From a virus, in IMG/VR virus record IMGVR_UViG_3300024306_000013: 64,000 nucleotides of DNA. One strand, written 5' to 3'. The notes below the pieces were generated by a model. It was not told the DNA's origin. It worked only from the letters and a program-made list of their open reading frames with translations, and ran no database searches. Position 1 is the stretch's first letter, and each line of letters begins with the position of its first letter. Position numbers and translations under genes: made by a program. Of the stretch, positions 29,293 to 38,370 are shown piece after piece.

Positions 29293-29876
29293 TGCCAGAT
29301 ATAGACATAGACTTCGCTGATAGAAACAAAGCATTAGCTGTGTTAAAACATGTGCGAGCCAGCCGCTTTGATAAAAAAGAGCAGAAATTAGTTCCGCATA
29401 ATACCGGAGTCTATTTCCATTCTGTGCCTAAGTATAGTAAAGATAATCTATGTTCGTTAGAATATGAATCAGCAGAAGAATTAGGATTTTTTAAAATAGA
29501 TTTTCTTAATGTAGGTATCTATGAAGGTGTAAGAAGTGAAGAGCATCTCATACAACTAATGGAGACTGAACCACTATGGGATCTACTAGAGCAAGACGAC
29601 TTTACCCAACTCCTATTCCATGTGAATGGGCATGGGTCTATTCTGAGGAAAAGCAAACCAAAGTCTATAGAGCAATTGGCAGCAGTACTAGCGATGATCC
29701 GTCCCGCGAAGAGGAATTTGATTGGGAAGGATTGGACGACGATTATGAACGAGGTTTGGACTAAACCTGACAATGATGAGTATTATTTCAAGAAGTCACA
29801 CGCTATCGCTTATGCTACAGCAGTAGTAGTACAGATGAATCTTATCTGTGAAAATATCAGCTACGAGTTCAGTTGA
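29292..29876 (+). CDS. dnaE: Miniature / split DNA polymerase III alpha (DnaE) palm-fingers fragment
   Basis: PDIDIDF, KIDFL, LAMIRP, YFKKSHA.AYA in 194 aa. Confidence 0.8.
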   Translation: MPDIDIDFADRNKALAVLKHVRASRFDKKEQKLVPHNTGVYFHSVPKYSKDNLCSLEYESAEELGFFKIDFLNVGIYEGVRSEEHLIQLMETEPLWDLLEQDDFTQLLFHVNGHGSILRKSKPKSIEQLAAVLAMIRPAKRNLIGKDWTTIMNEVWTKPDNDEYYFKKSHAIAYATAVVVQMNLICENISYEFS

Positions 29877-30248
29877 TTATTTGGCTTTTCTAACTAATGT
29901 GATACTTTTTCTTTTGATTCTTTTAGTGATTATGTCGTTAAGGCTAGTTACTGGTCCAAATAACACTTTGACATCTTTGGTGGAAAAATTTCTAATAATG
30001 TAACGGAAGGGCAACATATCTTTGTTCATAAAGATATTGATAGGAATTAATCTGTTAGATTCCCACCACCACTGTTCTCCTAGTTCTAAAAACTTGGCTT
30101 TTTGATCTTCTGTGTGGATCAACCCGTAGTCATAGAAACTGGTAACTTGTGAGTCTTGATTTATTAGTATTCCTACGTATTCGTGATCTATATAATTGAT
30201 CACTGTTATAAAAGGAAAATTTTGTTGTAAATGCTCGCTTATTCTCAT
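29877..30248 (-). CDS. Hypothetical protein
   Basis: 123 aa; FLELGEQWWWESNR.IPINIF. Confidence 0.65.
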   Translation of the reverse strand: MRISEHLQQNFPFITVINYIDHEYVGILINQDSQVTSFYDYGLIHTEDQKAKFLELGEQWWWESNRLIPINIFMNKDMLPFRYIIRNFSTKDVKVLFGPVTSLNDIITKRIKRKSITLVRKAK

Positions 30249-30278
30249 CGATAAATATGTTTCATACTGGGACTAATC

Positions 30279-31082
30279 ATGCAACTAAATCCGTGTTATT
30301 TATATCCAAATAAGATAGACGTTTACACAAATCTCGAGTCCTGGACTGACAGGAGGCAACGTAAAGTGTATCAAAGAACATTCAAAACTTACCGCGGTTG
30401 TGATAATAGATTAGACCTTCAGGTTAGAAACGGTGATGAAAAACCTAGAAACATTTCAGGGTACACCGCCGTCTTCAATATAGTAGTTATCGACAGTAAC
30501 GAATTGATTTTACAAAAAGACTGTGAAATATTAGACGCTACTACAGGTAAGATTTATGTTCGTATCACTGAAACAGAAATGCTAACTCTGACGCAGGGTT
30601 CATATCTATTTTCTGTATATCTACAAGATGCCAACGGTGTTAAGACTCCTTTATACGGTGATAGCCAATATGGTGCTATAGGTAGATTAGAAGTAGTAGC
30701 AGACATGGTAGGTGGTCCTGTTGCTAGCCAAACTATCAACACTTTCAGTTATCTAGGTCCCGACATACACGGCGATCCTACAGATGTTTACTTCAGCGAA
30801 ATAGTAGATGCCAAACCGCAATTCAATAATAACTCCGGACTACACACTTTCGCATTTTATATGACTAACTATTCGGGTGTCGTAACTATACAGGGCACTT
30901 TAGAAAATTCTGATAACATATTCGATTGGTGTGACGTTGAAACTATCAACTTCAATGATAGCGGTATCGCTTATGCCAATATCACAGGTATATGGAGCCG
31001 TCTAAGAATCAAACATATGCCTACACTAGATAGGTTCGGAAATCCTTTAGGGACTATTGACAAAGTATTGTACAGATATTAA
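30279..31082 (+). CDS. Virion structural protein (BppU-like N-terminal domain)
   Basis: LDLQVRN.DEKP..ISGY, G.IYVRITE.EM..L..GSY.FSV; ATAAATA promoter upstream. Confidence 0.45.
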   Translation: MQLNPCYLYPNKIDVYTNLESWTDRRQRKVYQRTFKTYRGCDNRLDLQVRNGDEKPRNISGYTAVFNIVVIDSNELILQKDCEILDATTGKIYVRITETEMLTLTQGSYLFSVYLQDANGVKTPLYGDSQYGAIGRLEVVADMVGGPVASQTINTFSYLGPDIHGDPTDVYFSEIVDAKPQFNNNSGLHTFAFYMTNYSGVVTIQGTLENSDNIFDWCDVETINFNDSGIAYANITGIWSRLRIKHMPTLDRFGNPLGTIDKVLYRY

Positions 31083-31091
31083 AATGTACTA

Positions 31092-32120
31092 ATGAGTCAG
31101 GTAGTCGAACTATTTAGAAAACACTTACCACCTAGAGCTAAACGTACACCCAGCGGCTGGATGAGCTTTAATGCTGTCTGTTGCCATAATAGAGGTGAAA
31201 GCCATGATGATCGCAAAAGAGGTGGGGTGTTATTCAGCGAAGGTTTTACCTATCACTGTTTTAACTGCGGATTCTCAGCTAGTTGGAAACCAGGCAGACC
31301 TGTAAGCCAAAAACTAAGAAATCTAATGACATGGTTGGGTGCTCCCGACGATGATATCAACAAAATGGTCTTTGAAGCCATGAAGACCGAAGCACCTGAC
31401 TACACGCCCGAAGCACATCCTATATTTGCTCGTTTTCCGGAGAAGCAGTTACCTGAAGGCAGCATGACTATCAGCGATTGGATAGAAGCAGAAGTAGATG
31501 ACGCAGAAGTACAGGAAAAACTAGCACAGGTAGTAGACTATCTTATACAGCGTGGGTTCGATCCATTAGACAAAAACTTCTGGTGGAGTCCGGCAGATGG
31601 ATTCAAAGATCGACTGGTCATACCTTTCTTGTATGACAGTAAAACTGTAGGCTATACAGCACGTAAAGTCACTAATGGTAAGCCCAAATATCTATCAGAC
31701 CAAAGTCCTCATTTTGTTTTCAATATCGATTCAGTCACTGAAGATCAGAGATATGTATTTGTATGTGAAGGACCGTTTGACGCACTCAGTCTAGGCGGCA
31801 TAGCATTACTACACAACGAAATCAGTGATGAGCAAGCAAGGCTGATCAACAAGCTGAACAAGACTGTGATAGTGGTGCCTGATCAAGATGAGCCTGGTTT
31901 AAAGTTAATCGCTGATGCTGAAAAGAATGGCTACCATGTGGCATTTCCTAACTGGGAACAGGGCATAAAAGATGCTGCCGACGCTGTGGAAAAATATGGC
32001 TCTATTTTCGTCATTACAGACGCTATCAATACCGCAGTAGCGGGTAGTGTCAAGATACAGCTATATAAGAAGAAATTAGAAAAACAGCTGAAAAATCCTA
32101 CGCTACAGGGGTCGCTATGA
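31092..32120 (+). CDS. gp61: DNA primase (gp61-like)
   Basis: Zn-binding CC..YHCFNCG, VIPF, Toprim EGPFDA and PDQD, KDAADA. Confidence 0.88.
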   Translation: MSQVVELFRKHLPPRAKRTPSGWMSFNAVCCHNRGESHDDRKRGGVLFSEGFTYHCFNCGFSASWKPGRPVSQKLRNLMTWLGAPDDDINKMVFEAMKTEAPDYTPEAHPIFARFPEKQLPEGSMTISDWIEAEVDDAEVQEKLAQVVDYLIQRGFDPLDKNFWWSPADGFKDRLVIPFLYDSKTVGYTARKVTNGKPKYLSDQSPHFVFNIDSVTEDQRYVFVCEGPFDALSLGGIALLHNEISDEQARLINKLNKTVIVVPDQDEPGLKLIADAEKNGYHVAFPNWEQGIKDAADAVEKYGSIFVITDAINTAVAGSVKIQLYKKKLEKQLKNPTLQGSL

Positions 32121-32166
32121 CGGTTTTTTCAGCATCAAAATAAAATATGGCATTCTAGGAGAGTAT

Positions 32167-32259
32167 ATGTTTAGACTGTTTAAAAAGATCGCTGACTGGT
32201 ATAAGTGGAGGAAACGGATCAAAGAACTGCGCAAGCGTGATCCGTTTATCTACAAATGA
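32167..32259 (+). CDS. 30-aa basic peptide
   Basis: MFRLFKKIADWYKWRKRIKELRKRDPFIYK*; GGAGAG RBS; ATGA overlap with the carbamoyltransferase. Confidence 0.55.
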   Translation: MFRLFKKIADWYKWRKRIKELRKRDPFIYK

Positions 32260-33218
32260 TCTATTGGGGCATAAACGCACTAAATCATGGCAGCAGTATC
32301 GCTGTAGTGGGCGGTGCTAAAAATCTCACATTGATCACAGATCAAAACGATAGGCTCAGCAGCAGCATGGTCACAGAAGCGATCAATGCCAGCCACTATC
32401 GAGGACCCGAGCGTATATTTTGGTATGAACGCCCCTGGGTCAAAAAGTTCCGTCAATTGTACGCAGGACAGTATAAAGAATTCTGGGATCGGTCTGTGCT
32501 GCCTAGGCGCCATGTCAATGATCTAAACATACGCTATGCTCCTATCACATACACACCGCATCATGCCAGCCATGCGGCCGCAGGCTATTACACATCACCA
32601 TTCAATCACTGTGCTGTGGTAGTACTAGATGCTATAGGTGAATTTGAATGCGCCAGTATCTGGGAAGGTCGGCATGGCGAATTGACCAAACTATGGAGCA
32701 AGAGCTATCCCAACAGTTTGGGTCTATTTTATTCTGCGTTCACTGAACTGTTGGGCATGAAACCCATACGTGATGAATATCTACTACAGCAGTTGAGTGA
32801 GCAGGGCAACAGATACAAGCACAGTCATCTGATCGAAAGTTACTTTGACAACAGCCTTTCTGACCCTATAGAAGCTCGTGTGAACTTCCATCTAGGTGTG
32901 CCTGATTGGCCTTTTGAAATACGTGAATCAGATCGAGCAGACATAGCTGCTGGCGTACAGGAAGTGTTTGAAAACCAAGTGATGGATGTCATGCTGCTGG
33001 CCAAACGACTGACCAAGGCAGACTGTCTAGTCTATATGGGCGGCTGTGCTTTCAACAGCTTGGCCAACCAACGTGTGGTAGAACCTCTGTTTCCCTATCG
33101 TTGGAGCACACCTAATCCGGGCGATGCTTACAGCAGCCTAGGTGCTGTGCTTTACCATACTAAACATAGAGTGATACTGGAAAAACCTCTTGTAAAACAT
33201 CTAGAGGTCAGTGTATAA
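32256..33218 (+). CDS. Carbamoyltransferase (NodU/CmcH family), N-terminal Kae1-like domain only
   Basis: HH.SHAAAGYYTSPF, VLDAIGE, SLG.FYSAFT, GGCAFNS, PGDA.SSLGA; 320 aa. Confidence 0.85.
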   Translation: MIYWGINALNHGSSIAVVGGAKNLTLITDQNDRLSSSMVTEAINASHYRGPERIFWYERPWVKKFRQLYAGQYKEFWDRSVLPRRHVNDLNIRYAPITYTPHHASHAAAGYYTSPFNHCAVVVLDAIGEFECASIWEGRHGELTKLWSKSYPNSLGLFYSAFTELLGMKPIRDEYLLQQLSEQGNRYKHSHLIESYFDNSLSDPIEARVNFHLGVPDWPFEIRESDRADIAAGVQEVFENQVMDVMLLAKRLTKADCLVYMGGCAFNSLANQRVVEPLFPYRWSTPNPGDAYSSLGAVLYHTKHRVILEKPLVKHLEVSV

Positions 33219-33225
33219 TAATATT

Positions 33226-34653
33226 ATGATTAAGAATTACGATTACGATGTACAAAAACTATATCTAGAGATCATGCTCACAGACGCAGAGACTTTCGTG
33301 CGTTGCCAGGGCATATTTGACGCTAGCCTGTTTGATAGACGTTTACAGGAACCAGCAGAGTTTATTAAAACCTATACAGAACAGTATTCTGTGCTGCCAG
33401 ATGCTGCCATGGTCAATGCGGCCTGTAAGACAGAACTGGCACCTGTAGCAGATCTCAAAGATGGACACATAGATTGGTTCATGGATGACTTTGAACAGTT
33501 TATACGACACAAGAGCCTAGAACGTGCCATAATCAAATCCGCGGATCTGCTGGAAAAGAATGACTATGGTGCTGTGGAAGTCATGATCAAAGAAGCTGTA
33601 CAGATCGGTCTTGCTCGCGACATGGGCACTGACTATTTCGCAGATCCCCGTGCTCGACTGATGGGACTCAAAGACAAGAATGGACAGGTCAGTACAGGTT
33701 GGAGCAGCCTAGATCGCAAACTGTTTGGCGGCATGAATCGCGGAGAGCTGAATATCTTCGCAGGTGGTTCAGGCGCAGGCAAAAGTCTGTTCCTAGCCAA
33801 CTTGGGCGTGAACTGGGCCTTGAACGGCTTGAATGTGGTTTATCTAACGCTGGAACTTTCAGAAGCATTGGTCAGTATGCGCATCGATAGTATGCTGACA
33901 GGCATCACTACCAAAGAGATCTTCAAGCAGATCGATGACGTGGAAATGAAAGTGCGTATCATAGGCAAGAAATCCGGGCGTTTCCAAGTCAAGTACATGC
34001 CCTCAGGCAAGACTGCCAATGACATACGTGCTTATCTAAAAGAGTATGAAATACAAATGGGCCAGAAAGTGGATGTGCTACTGGTAGACTATCTGGATCT
34101 GCTCATGCCCATTTCCAAGAAGATCTCGCCCGCAGATCTCTTTATCAAGGACAAGTTTGTCAGTGAAGAACTGCGTAACTTGGCCATGGAAAAGCAGTGC
34201 GTGTTCGTCACAGCCGCACAGTTGAATCGGGGTGCTGTAGAAGAAGTAGAGTTTGATCACAGCCATATTTCAGGTGGACTTAGCAAGATACAGACAGCAG
34301 ATAACGTGTTTGGTATCTTTACGTCACGTGCCATGCGTGAGCGTGGACGCTATCAGATACAGCTGATGAAGACTCGTTCGTCTAGCGGTGTTGGACAGAA
34401 GCTGGATCTAGAGTTTGACATAGACACTCTGCGCATCAGTGACCTGCCCGAAGATCAGCAGACTGCGGATAACAGTCCCAGAACTGGCAGCATCATACAG
34501 CAGATCAAGAGCCGAGGCAGCACAGTGGTCGATGAGGACGGTGTAGTCACAGAAGATCCCACCCGAGGCGCAGAAGTGGGCCGTAGCCGTGCCATAGTGG
34601 AAAGTACCAAGTTGAGGCAGTTTATCAACGGACTGACAGAAGATGAAGCATGA
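33226..34653 (+). CDS. gp41: DnaB-like replicative helicase (gp41-like)
   Basis: GGSGAGKS, YLTLE, VDYLDL, TAAQLNR, QLMKTR. Confidence 0.93.
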   Translation: MIKNYDYDVQKLYLEIMLTDAETFVRCQGIFDASLFDRRLQEPAEFIKTYTEQYSVLPDAAMVNAACKTELAPVADLKDGHIDWFMDDFEQFIRHKSLERAIIKSADLLEKNDYGAVEVMIKEAVQIGLARDMGTDYFADPRARLMGLKDKNGQVSTGWSSLDRKLFGGMNRGELNIFAGGSGAGKSLFLANLGVNWALNGLNVVYLTLELSEALVSMRIDSMLTGITTKEIFKQIDDVEMKVRIIGKKSGRFQVKYMPSGKTANDIRAYLKEYEIQMGQKVDVLLVDYLDLLMPISKKISPADLFIKDKFVSEELRNLAMEKQCVFVTAAQLNRGAVEEVEFDHSHISGGLSKIQTADNVFGIFTSRAMRERGRYQIQLMKTRSSSGVGQKLDLEFDIDTLRISDLPEDQQTADNSPRTGSIIQQIKSRGSTVVDEDGVVTEDPTRGAEVGRSRAIVESTKLRQFINGLTEDEA

Positions 34654-34873
34654 TCGTGTGGAACTGTTTTCTTGGTATCAACAGCAGACAGATACCATAG
34701 ACGTGCCCTGGGACAGGGTAGAACAGGCCCTGGGCGATCGCTGGCAGTGGCTACAGCAGCAGCCCCGTCATACCTGCCAAGTCATGGTGGAAAACACACT
34801 GGAACAGTATCGTTTGGTAGCGGAATTTTATCAGGATCAAAAGCTAGCTGAGTATCACTGCTGTTTCGCATAA
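34643..34873 (+). CDS. Hypothetical protein
   Basis: 76 aa, overlaps the helicase stop. Confidence 0.55.
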   Translation: MKHDRVELFSWYQQQTDTIDVPWDRVEQALGDRWQWLQQQPRHTCQVMVENTLEQYRLVAEFYQDQKLAEYHCCFA

Positions 34874-34881
34874 ATATACTC

Positions 34882-35262
34882 ATGAGAGCACATGAATTTA
34901 TCACTGAAGCTGTACGCGGCCGTGTACCCCAGGATCTCGTGGACAAAAGCCAGGGTTCTGTCAAACTGACACGCGACACGGGCGGCTACGATCGAGCTTA
35001 TCATATGAATCGACTGATGATGGCCATGGCCATGTCAGATGGGGGTCGAGGCCCTGTGGACATGGACGCAGCTTCATGGTACGAAAAATACAACATCATG
35101 TTTCCCTACACAGATCTAGAAGCTGCCATGGTCAATCAGGCTATCGCTACCATACCCACAGATACCAAGGGCGTGATCGCCCGAGGTAAATCAGTGGAAA
35201 ATCCCGGCACTAACAAGACCAGTCCAGTGGCCCAACAGAAAAAGAATCGTTACGGAGTATAA
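34882..35262 (+). CDS. Late hypothetical protein
   Basis: ATAAATA 5 nt upstream; starts MRAHEFITE. Confidence 0.65.
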   Translation: MRAHEFITEAVRGRVPQDLVDKSQGSVKLTRDTGGYDRAYHMNRLMMAMAMSDGGRGPVDMDAASWYEKYNIMFPYTDLEAAMVNQAIATIPTDTKGVIARGKSVENPGTNKTSPVAQQKKNRYGV

Positions 35263-35263
35263 C

Positions 35264-35953
35264 ATGTGGTTGAGAGAAGTCACGCCCGCAGCAGCAGAAG
35301 TACAGATACATCGCGAGCTAAATCCCCGTCTGTGGGAAAACGGCTATCTCAAAACTGACGTAGCAGAACGGCTGCTGAAAATAGCTCGTGCTTTCGAAGA
35401 GTTCGTGGGCGTGGATTTTTCAGTCAAAGACATCACACTGACGGGATCTAACGCAGGCTACACATATACAGCACACTCTGATCTAGATCTACATCTCATA
35501 GTGGAAGGTCCTTTCACAGAAGCTCAAGCAGAACTGTACAAGGCCAAGCGACAGGTATGGCAGCAGGAGCATGATCTAGCCATAGAAGGATCGCCTGTAG
35601 AATGTTATATACAGGACAGCAGAGAACCTCACTACAGCCAAGGACAGTATTCGATCATAAACCGTCGTTGGATACGACAGCCCTCAAAGACACGCCCCAG
35701 CTTAGATGATGCTGCTATAGATGCTAAAACTCGTGACTTTGCCATGATAGCACTACAGGTATTACAGTCAGGTGACAGAGAGCTACTAAAGAAGTACAGA
35801 GAACGGTTAAGCAAACTGCGCAGAGCAGGACTGGCTCGTGCTGGCGAATGGAGCACAGAAAACTATGTGTTCAAGAATCTACGCAAGCTGGGCATCATCG
35901 ATCAAATCGGCGAACGAGAACGCGAACTGCTGGATCAAGAGTTGAGCAACTAG
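35264..35953 (+). CDS. Pol-beta-superfamily nucleotidyltransferase
   Basis: TGSNAGY...SDLDLHL (GS-DxD) and a third acidic residue in VECY. Confidence 0.75.
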   Translation: MWLREVTPAAAEVQIHRELNPRLWENGYLKTDVAERLLKIARAFEEFVGVDFSVKDITLTGSNAGYTYTAHSDLDLHLIVEGPFTEAQAELYKAKRQVWQQEHDLAIEGSPVECYIQDSREPHYSQGQYSIINRRWIRQPSKTRPSLDDAAIDAKTRDFAMIALQVLQSGDRELLKKYRERLSKLRRAGLARAGEWSTENYVFKNLRKLGIIDQIGERERELLDQELSN

Positions 35954-36077
35954 CGCGAAGCGCGGCGCGGTTTTTTTGCTAAGACTGCGCGAAGCGCACA
36001 GCGGTAGCGATCAAACGGTAAGCAAGATCTTGCGTCCCTTGGCAGCAACAGTCATTCACAGTAATTAACACAGTCGC

Positions 36078-36296
36078 TTACAGCGGGCGATCTAATCGAT
36101 CATGCCGTTTCTTGGCGGCGACCAAACGACGATAAAAGTCATTGAGTCTTATGCGATCGTATTGGAATACTTGTGCTAGATAGCTGGTCATGAAACCACG
36201 TGCCCATTGGCTGTGTAATAGTTCGTTATCAGGATAGGGACTGGCTGCTAGCAGCAGTTTTTCTAGATAGTCACGTGTTTCTCGAAGATCGCTCAT
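36078..36296 (-). CDS. Hypothetical protein
   Basis: 72 aa with a GTAAATA promoter 7 nt upstream. Confidence 0.55.
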   Translation of the reverse strand: MSDLRETRDYLEKLLLAASPYPDNELLHSQWARGFMTSYLAQVFQYDRIRLNDFYRRLVAAKKRHDRLDRPL

Positions 36297-36347
36297 GGTA
36301 TAATATTTACGGTAAATACTGTCTAGATGTGATATCTAGGAGTAACT

Positions 36348-36533
36348 ATGACAGAAACACACAAGAGAACTATAGCAAGAGCTGTATGCTGGCGTATTGT
36401 AGCTACAGCGATCACAGCAGCATATACAGGTATCGGTGGCGCTATAATCATTAACATTTGGATGACCCTAGCGCATTACATACATGAACGCTTATGGTTA
36501 CGAGTCAATTGGGGTAGGCGACAAGAGCTTTAA
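36348..36533 (+). CDS. DUF2061-like small membrane protein
   Basis: HKRTIARAVCWRI...HYIHERLW. Confidence 0.7.
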   Translation: MTETHKRTIARAVCWRIVATAITAAYTGIGGAIIINIWMTLAHYIHERLWLRVNWGRRQEL

Positions 36534-36729
36534 TAGCTCTTTTTTTATGGCATCCGAAAAGGGTCCTACAGGGTAAAAAATCGCCCGCGTAAAAAATTAT
36601 AGGGAAGTACTTGAATTTTCATGATGGTGATTTGCTACCCCTGCCTGTTGTATTTTTGCAACACACGCATACGCTACTAGCCCCCCACCCCCCTGATGGT
36701 GGCCGACTGTTGCCGACCACCTGCTGACC

Positions 36730-36990
36730 TCACATGCTCCAGAACAGTTCTGTGCTAGGATCGCAGCTACGGGGAGTGTCACGTGCTATCCTGACCCACT
36801 CACCGGTCATCAGGTTCCGGACCAGCTTGGTATCAGATCCCTCTAGCTCGTTCTCAGCAGCAGTGTAGATAGCATAGATGTGATCGCGTATCTCAGCCTG
36901 CGTGGCCTTGCTCAAGCATAAGCTGCGAGCAGTCTGCTCTAGGCTATCCAATTGAGTGTCCAGTTGCTTGAGTAGTTCTGCTTGTGTCAT
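36730..36990 (-). CDS. Early hypothetical protein
   Basis: Own sigma70 promoter at 37024-37052; C-terminal V.NLMTG...I..DTP.SCDPS.E..WSM. Confidence 0.7.
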   Translation of the reverse strand: MTQAELLKQLDTQLDSLEQTARSLCLSKATQAEIRDHIYAIYTAAENELEGSDTKLVRNLMTGEWVRIARDTPRSCDPSTELFWSM

Positions 36991-37002
36991 AGTCTGCTCC
37001 CG

Positions 37003-37200
37003 TCAGTTGTTTACAGTGTCGTTATTATATGCGTTTTGGATCTCAGTGTCAACCAAATGGGAAGCCAAGTTCCAAGTCATTCCTGCTGCGGTCAGGGCCA
37101 CTGTGCGCTCACTGCCTGACAGGCTCATCAGCCAATCCTGTAGTCCTTCTGGAGTCGTGGGCGTGTCAAACATGGGCTGTGGCTTTAGGGGATTGTTCAT
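37003..37200 (-). CDS. Early hypothetical protein
   Basis: AGGAGC RBS. Confidence 0.6.
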   Translation of the reverse strand: MNNPLKPQPMFDTPTTPEGLQDWLMSLSGSERTVALTAAGMTWNLASHLVDTEIQNAYNNDTVNN

Positions 37201-37209
37201 CTGTGCTCC

Positions 37210-37392
37210 TTAGAAATGTGCCTCGATACTGTCCAGCAAACCATCCTCGAAAGCTTCAGAATACATCCAAAGGATGTCCTTGCGGAAGAACCGTTCAAGC
37301 TCGCGTTCAGTGGGCTTACGGCCTGTCAGCTCCTGGACTTCTTGCTGTACCTGCTTGATCATCCGTTTGGGGATCTTGACGGTGATTTCCAT
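37210..37392 (-). CDS. Early hypothetical protein
   Basis: 60 aa, coupled to the upstream gene. Confidence 0.6.
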   Translation of the reverse strand: MEITVKIPKRMIKQVQQEVQELTGRKPTERELERFFRKDILWMYSEAFEDGLLDSIEAHF

Positions 37393-37661
37393 TACTGGAC
37401 CTCCAGCATGTTGGCTGGCACACGATAGCGTCCCAGGGCTGTGCGCACGATGACATTCTTGATGGCCACCTTCTCAACGGTCCCGCTCACACGCTGCCCT
37501 GTTCTGCTGCTGGTAAATGAGACGTTGTCCCCCAGGGCGATTGATGCTGCTGTACGCTTAGAGAGGCTGTTGCGACGCAGCTTGATCAGATCGATCAGCT
37601 CTGCTGTATCTGAGACGGTTGAGTCACGGAGGATGAAATCACGGATGTTTGCTGGGATCAT
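37392..37661 (-). CDS. Early protein with an SH3/KOW-like C-terminus
   Basis: LGDNVSF...GTVEKV..KNVIV; AGGAGCG RBS. Confidence 0.65.
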   Translation of the reverse strand: MIPANIRDFILRDSTVSDTAELIDLIKLRRNSLSKRTAASIALGDNVSFTSSRTGQRVSGTVEKVAIKNVIVRTALGRYRVPANMLEVQ

Positions 37662-37717
37662 GTTGCGCTCCTAAGTTGTTTACAGTGTGTGTATTGTACT
37701 GTCAGGACAGGCTGGCG

Positions 37718-37864
37718 TCAACCACGTAGACCGCGTAGATAGCTCTCACGCAGGAGCCGACGCTTTTCTTTGTAGCGTAGCTGTCTGGCCAAAAAGCCAG
37801 CAGATTCAAACCAACCTTGTAGGCAATGACGGGTTTGTCGGATACGCCTCTCTCGCATCTTCAT
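37718..37864 (-). CDS. 48-aa Arg-rich early peptide
   Basis: MKMRERRIRQTRHCLQGWFESAGFLARQLRYKEKRRLLRESYLRGLRG*; own promoter and AAAGGAGCGAAC RBS. Confidence 0.5.
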   Translation of the reverse strand: MKMRERRIRQTRHCLQGWFESAGFLARQLRYKEKRRLLRESYLRGLRG

Positions 37865-37898
37865 GTTCGCTCCTTTGTTTCATGTTCCAATTATAGCC

Positions 37899-38225
37899 TC
37901 AAGCCGCGGCCCTGTCAACCAATTCTGCGTAGTCCATGCTGGGTTCAGCGTGGCGGATCATGCCCTCGTAATCCAGCTGCGACTTCTCAAACCAGCTGAG
38001 GTAGTCATCACCTTCGATAGACCAATCGATGATGTTCTCGCGGAAGTAGTCGTCATCGCGCTCCACGCCTGCTGCTGCGACTATCTCGTCATAGTCTGCG
38101 TTCAGAGGCACACCCAGGATCTTGTATTCTGATCCACCTTTGGCCTTCCAGTGGAATTCACCTGTGAATCCCGTGTGAGCTGCGTAGTTCTCATAGACCT
38201 GTGTACGGATTACCAGCATAGCCAT
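37899..38225 (-). CDS. Early hypothetical protein
   Basis: TQVYENYAAH...WKAKGGSEY; promoter plus AGGAGCG RBS. Confidence 0.7.
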   Translation of the reverse strand: MAMLVIRTQVYENYAAHTGFTGEFHWKAKGGSEYKILGVPLNADYDEIVAAAGVERDDDYFRENIIDWSIEGDDYLSWFEKSQLDYEGMIRHAEPSMDYAELVDRAAA

Positions 38226-38296
38226 TTCACGCTCCTTGTTCTAACTATGACTCTAGTATACTAAATTTGGATTGGGCTGTCAACCAAAAAGATCAG

Positions 38297-38334
38297 AAAA
38301 AAAAGCACTGTGGCATTGCTGCAACAGTGCTTTT
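38297..38334 (-). terminator. Intrinsic terminator containing the TGTKG-N8-CMACA palindrome
   Basis: Minus strand AAAAGCACTGT-tgcagcaatgcc-ACAGTGC-U8. Confidence 0.8.
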
Positions 38335-38340
38335 CAAGTT

Positions 38341-38370
38341 GGCTAATCCGGGAGCGAATCGGGTTAAGCC
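38341..38370 (-). ncRNA. Candidate 3'-UTR hairpin A with the anti-RBS loop AUUCGCUCC
   Basis: GGCUUAACCCG-AUUCGCUCC-CGGAUUAGCC, lying between a stop codon and a terminator. Confidence 0.55.
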
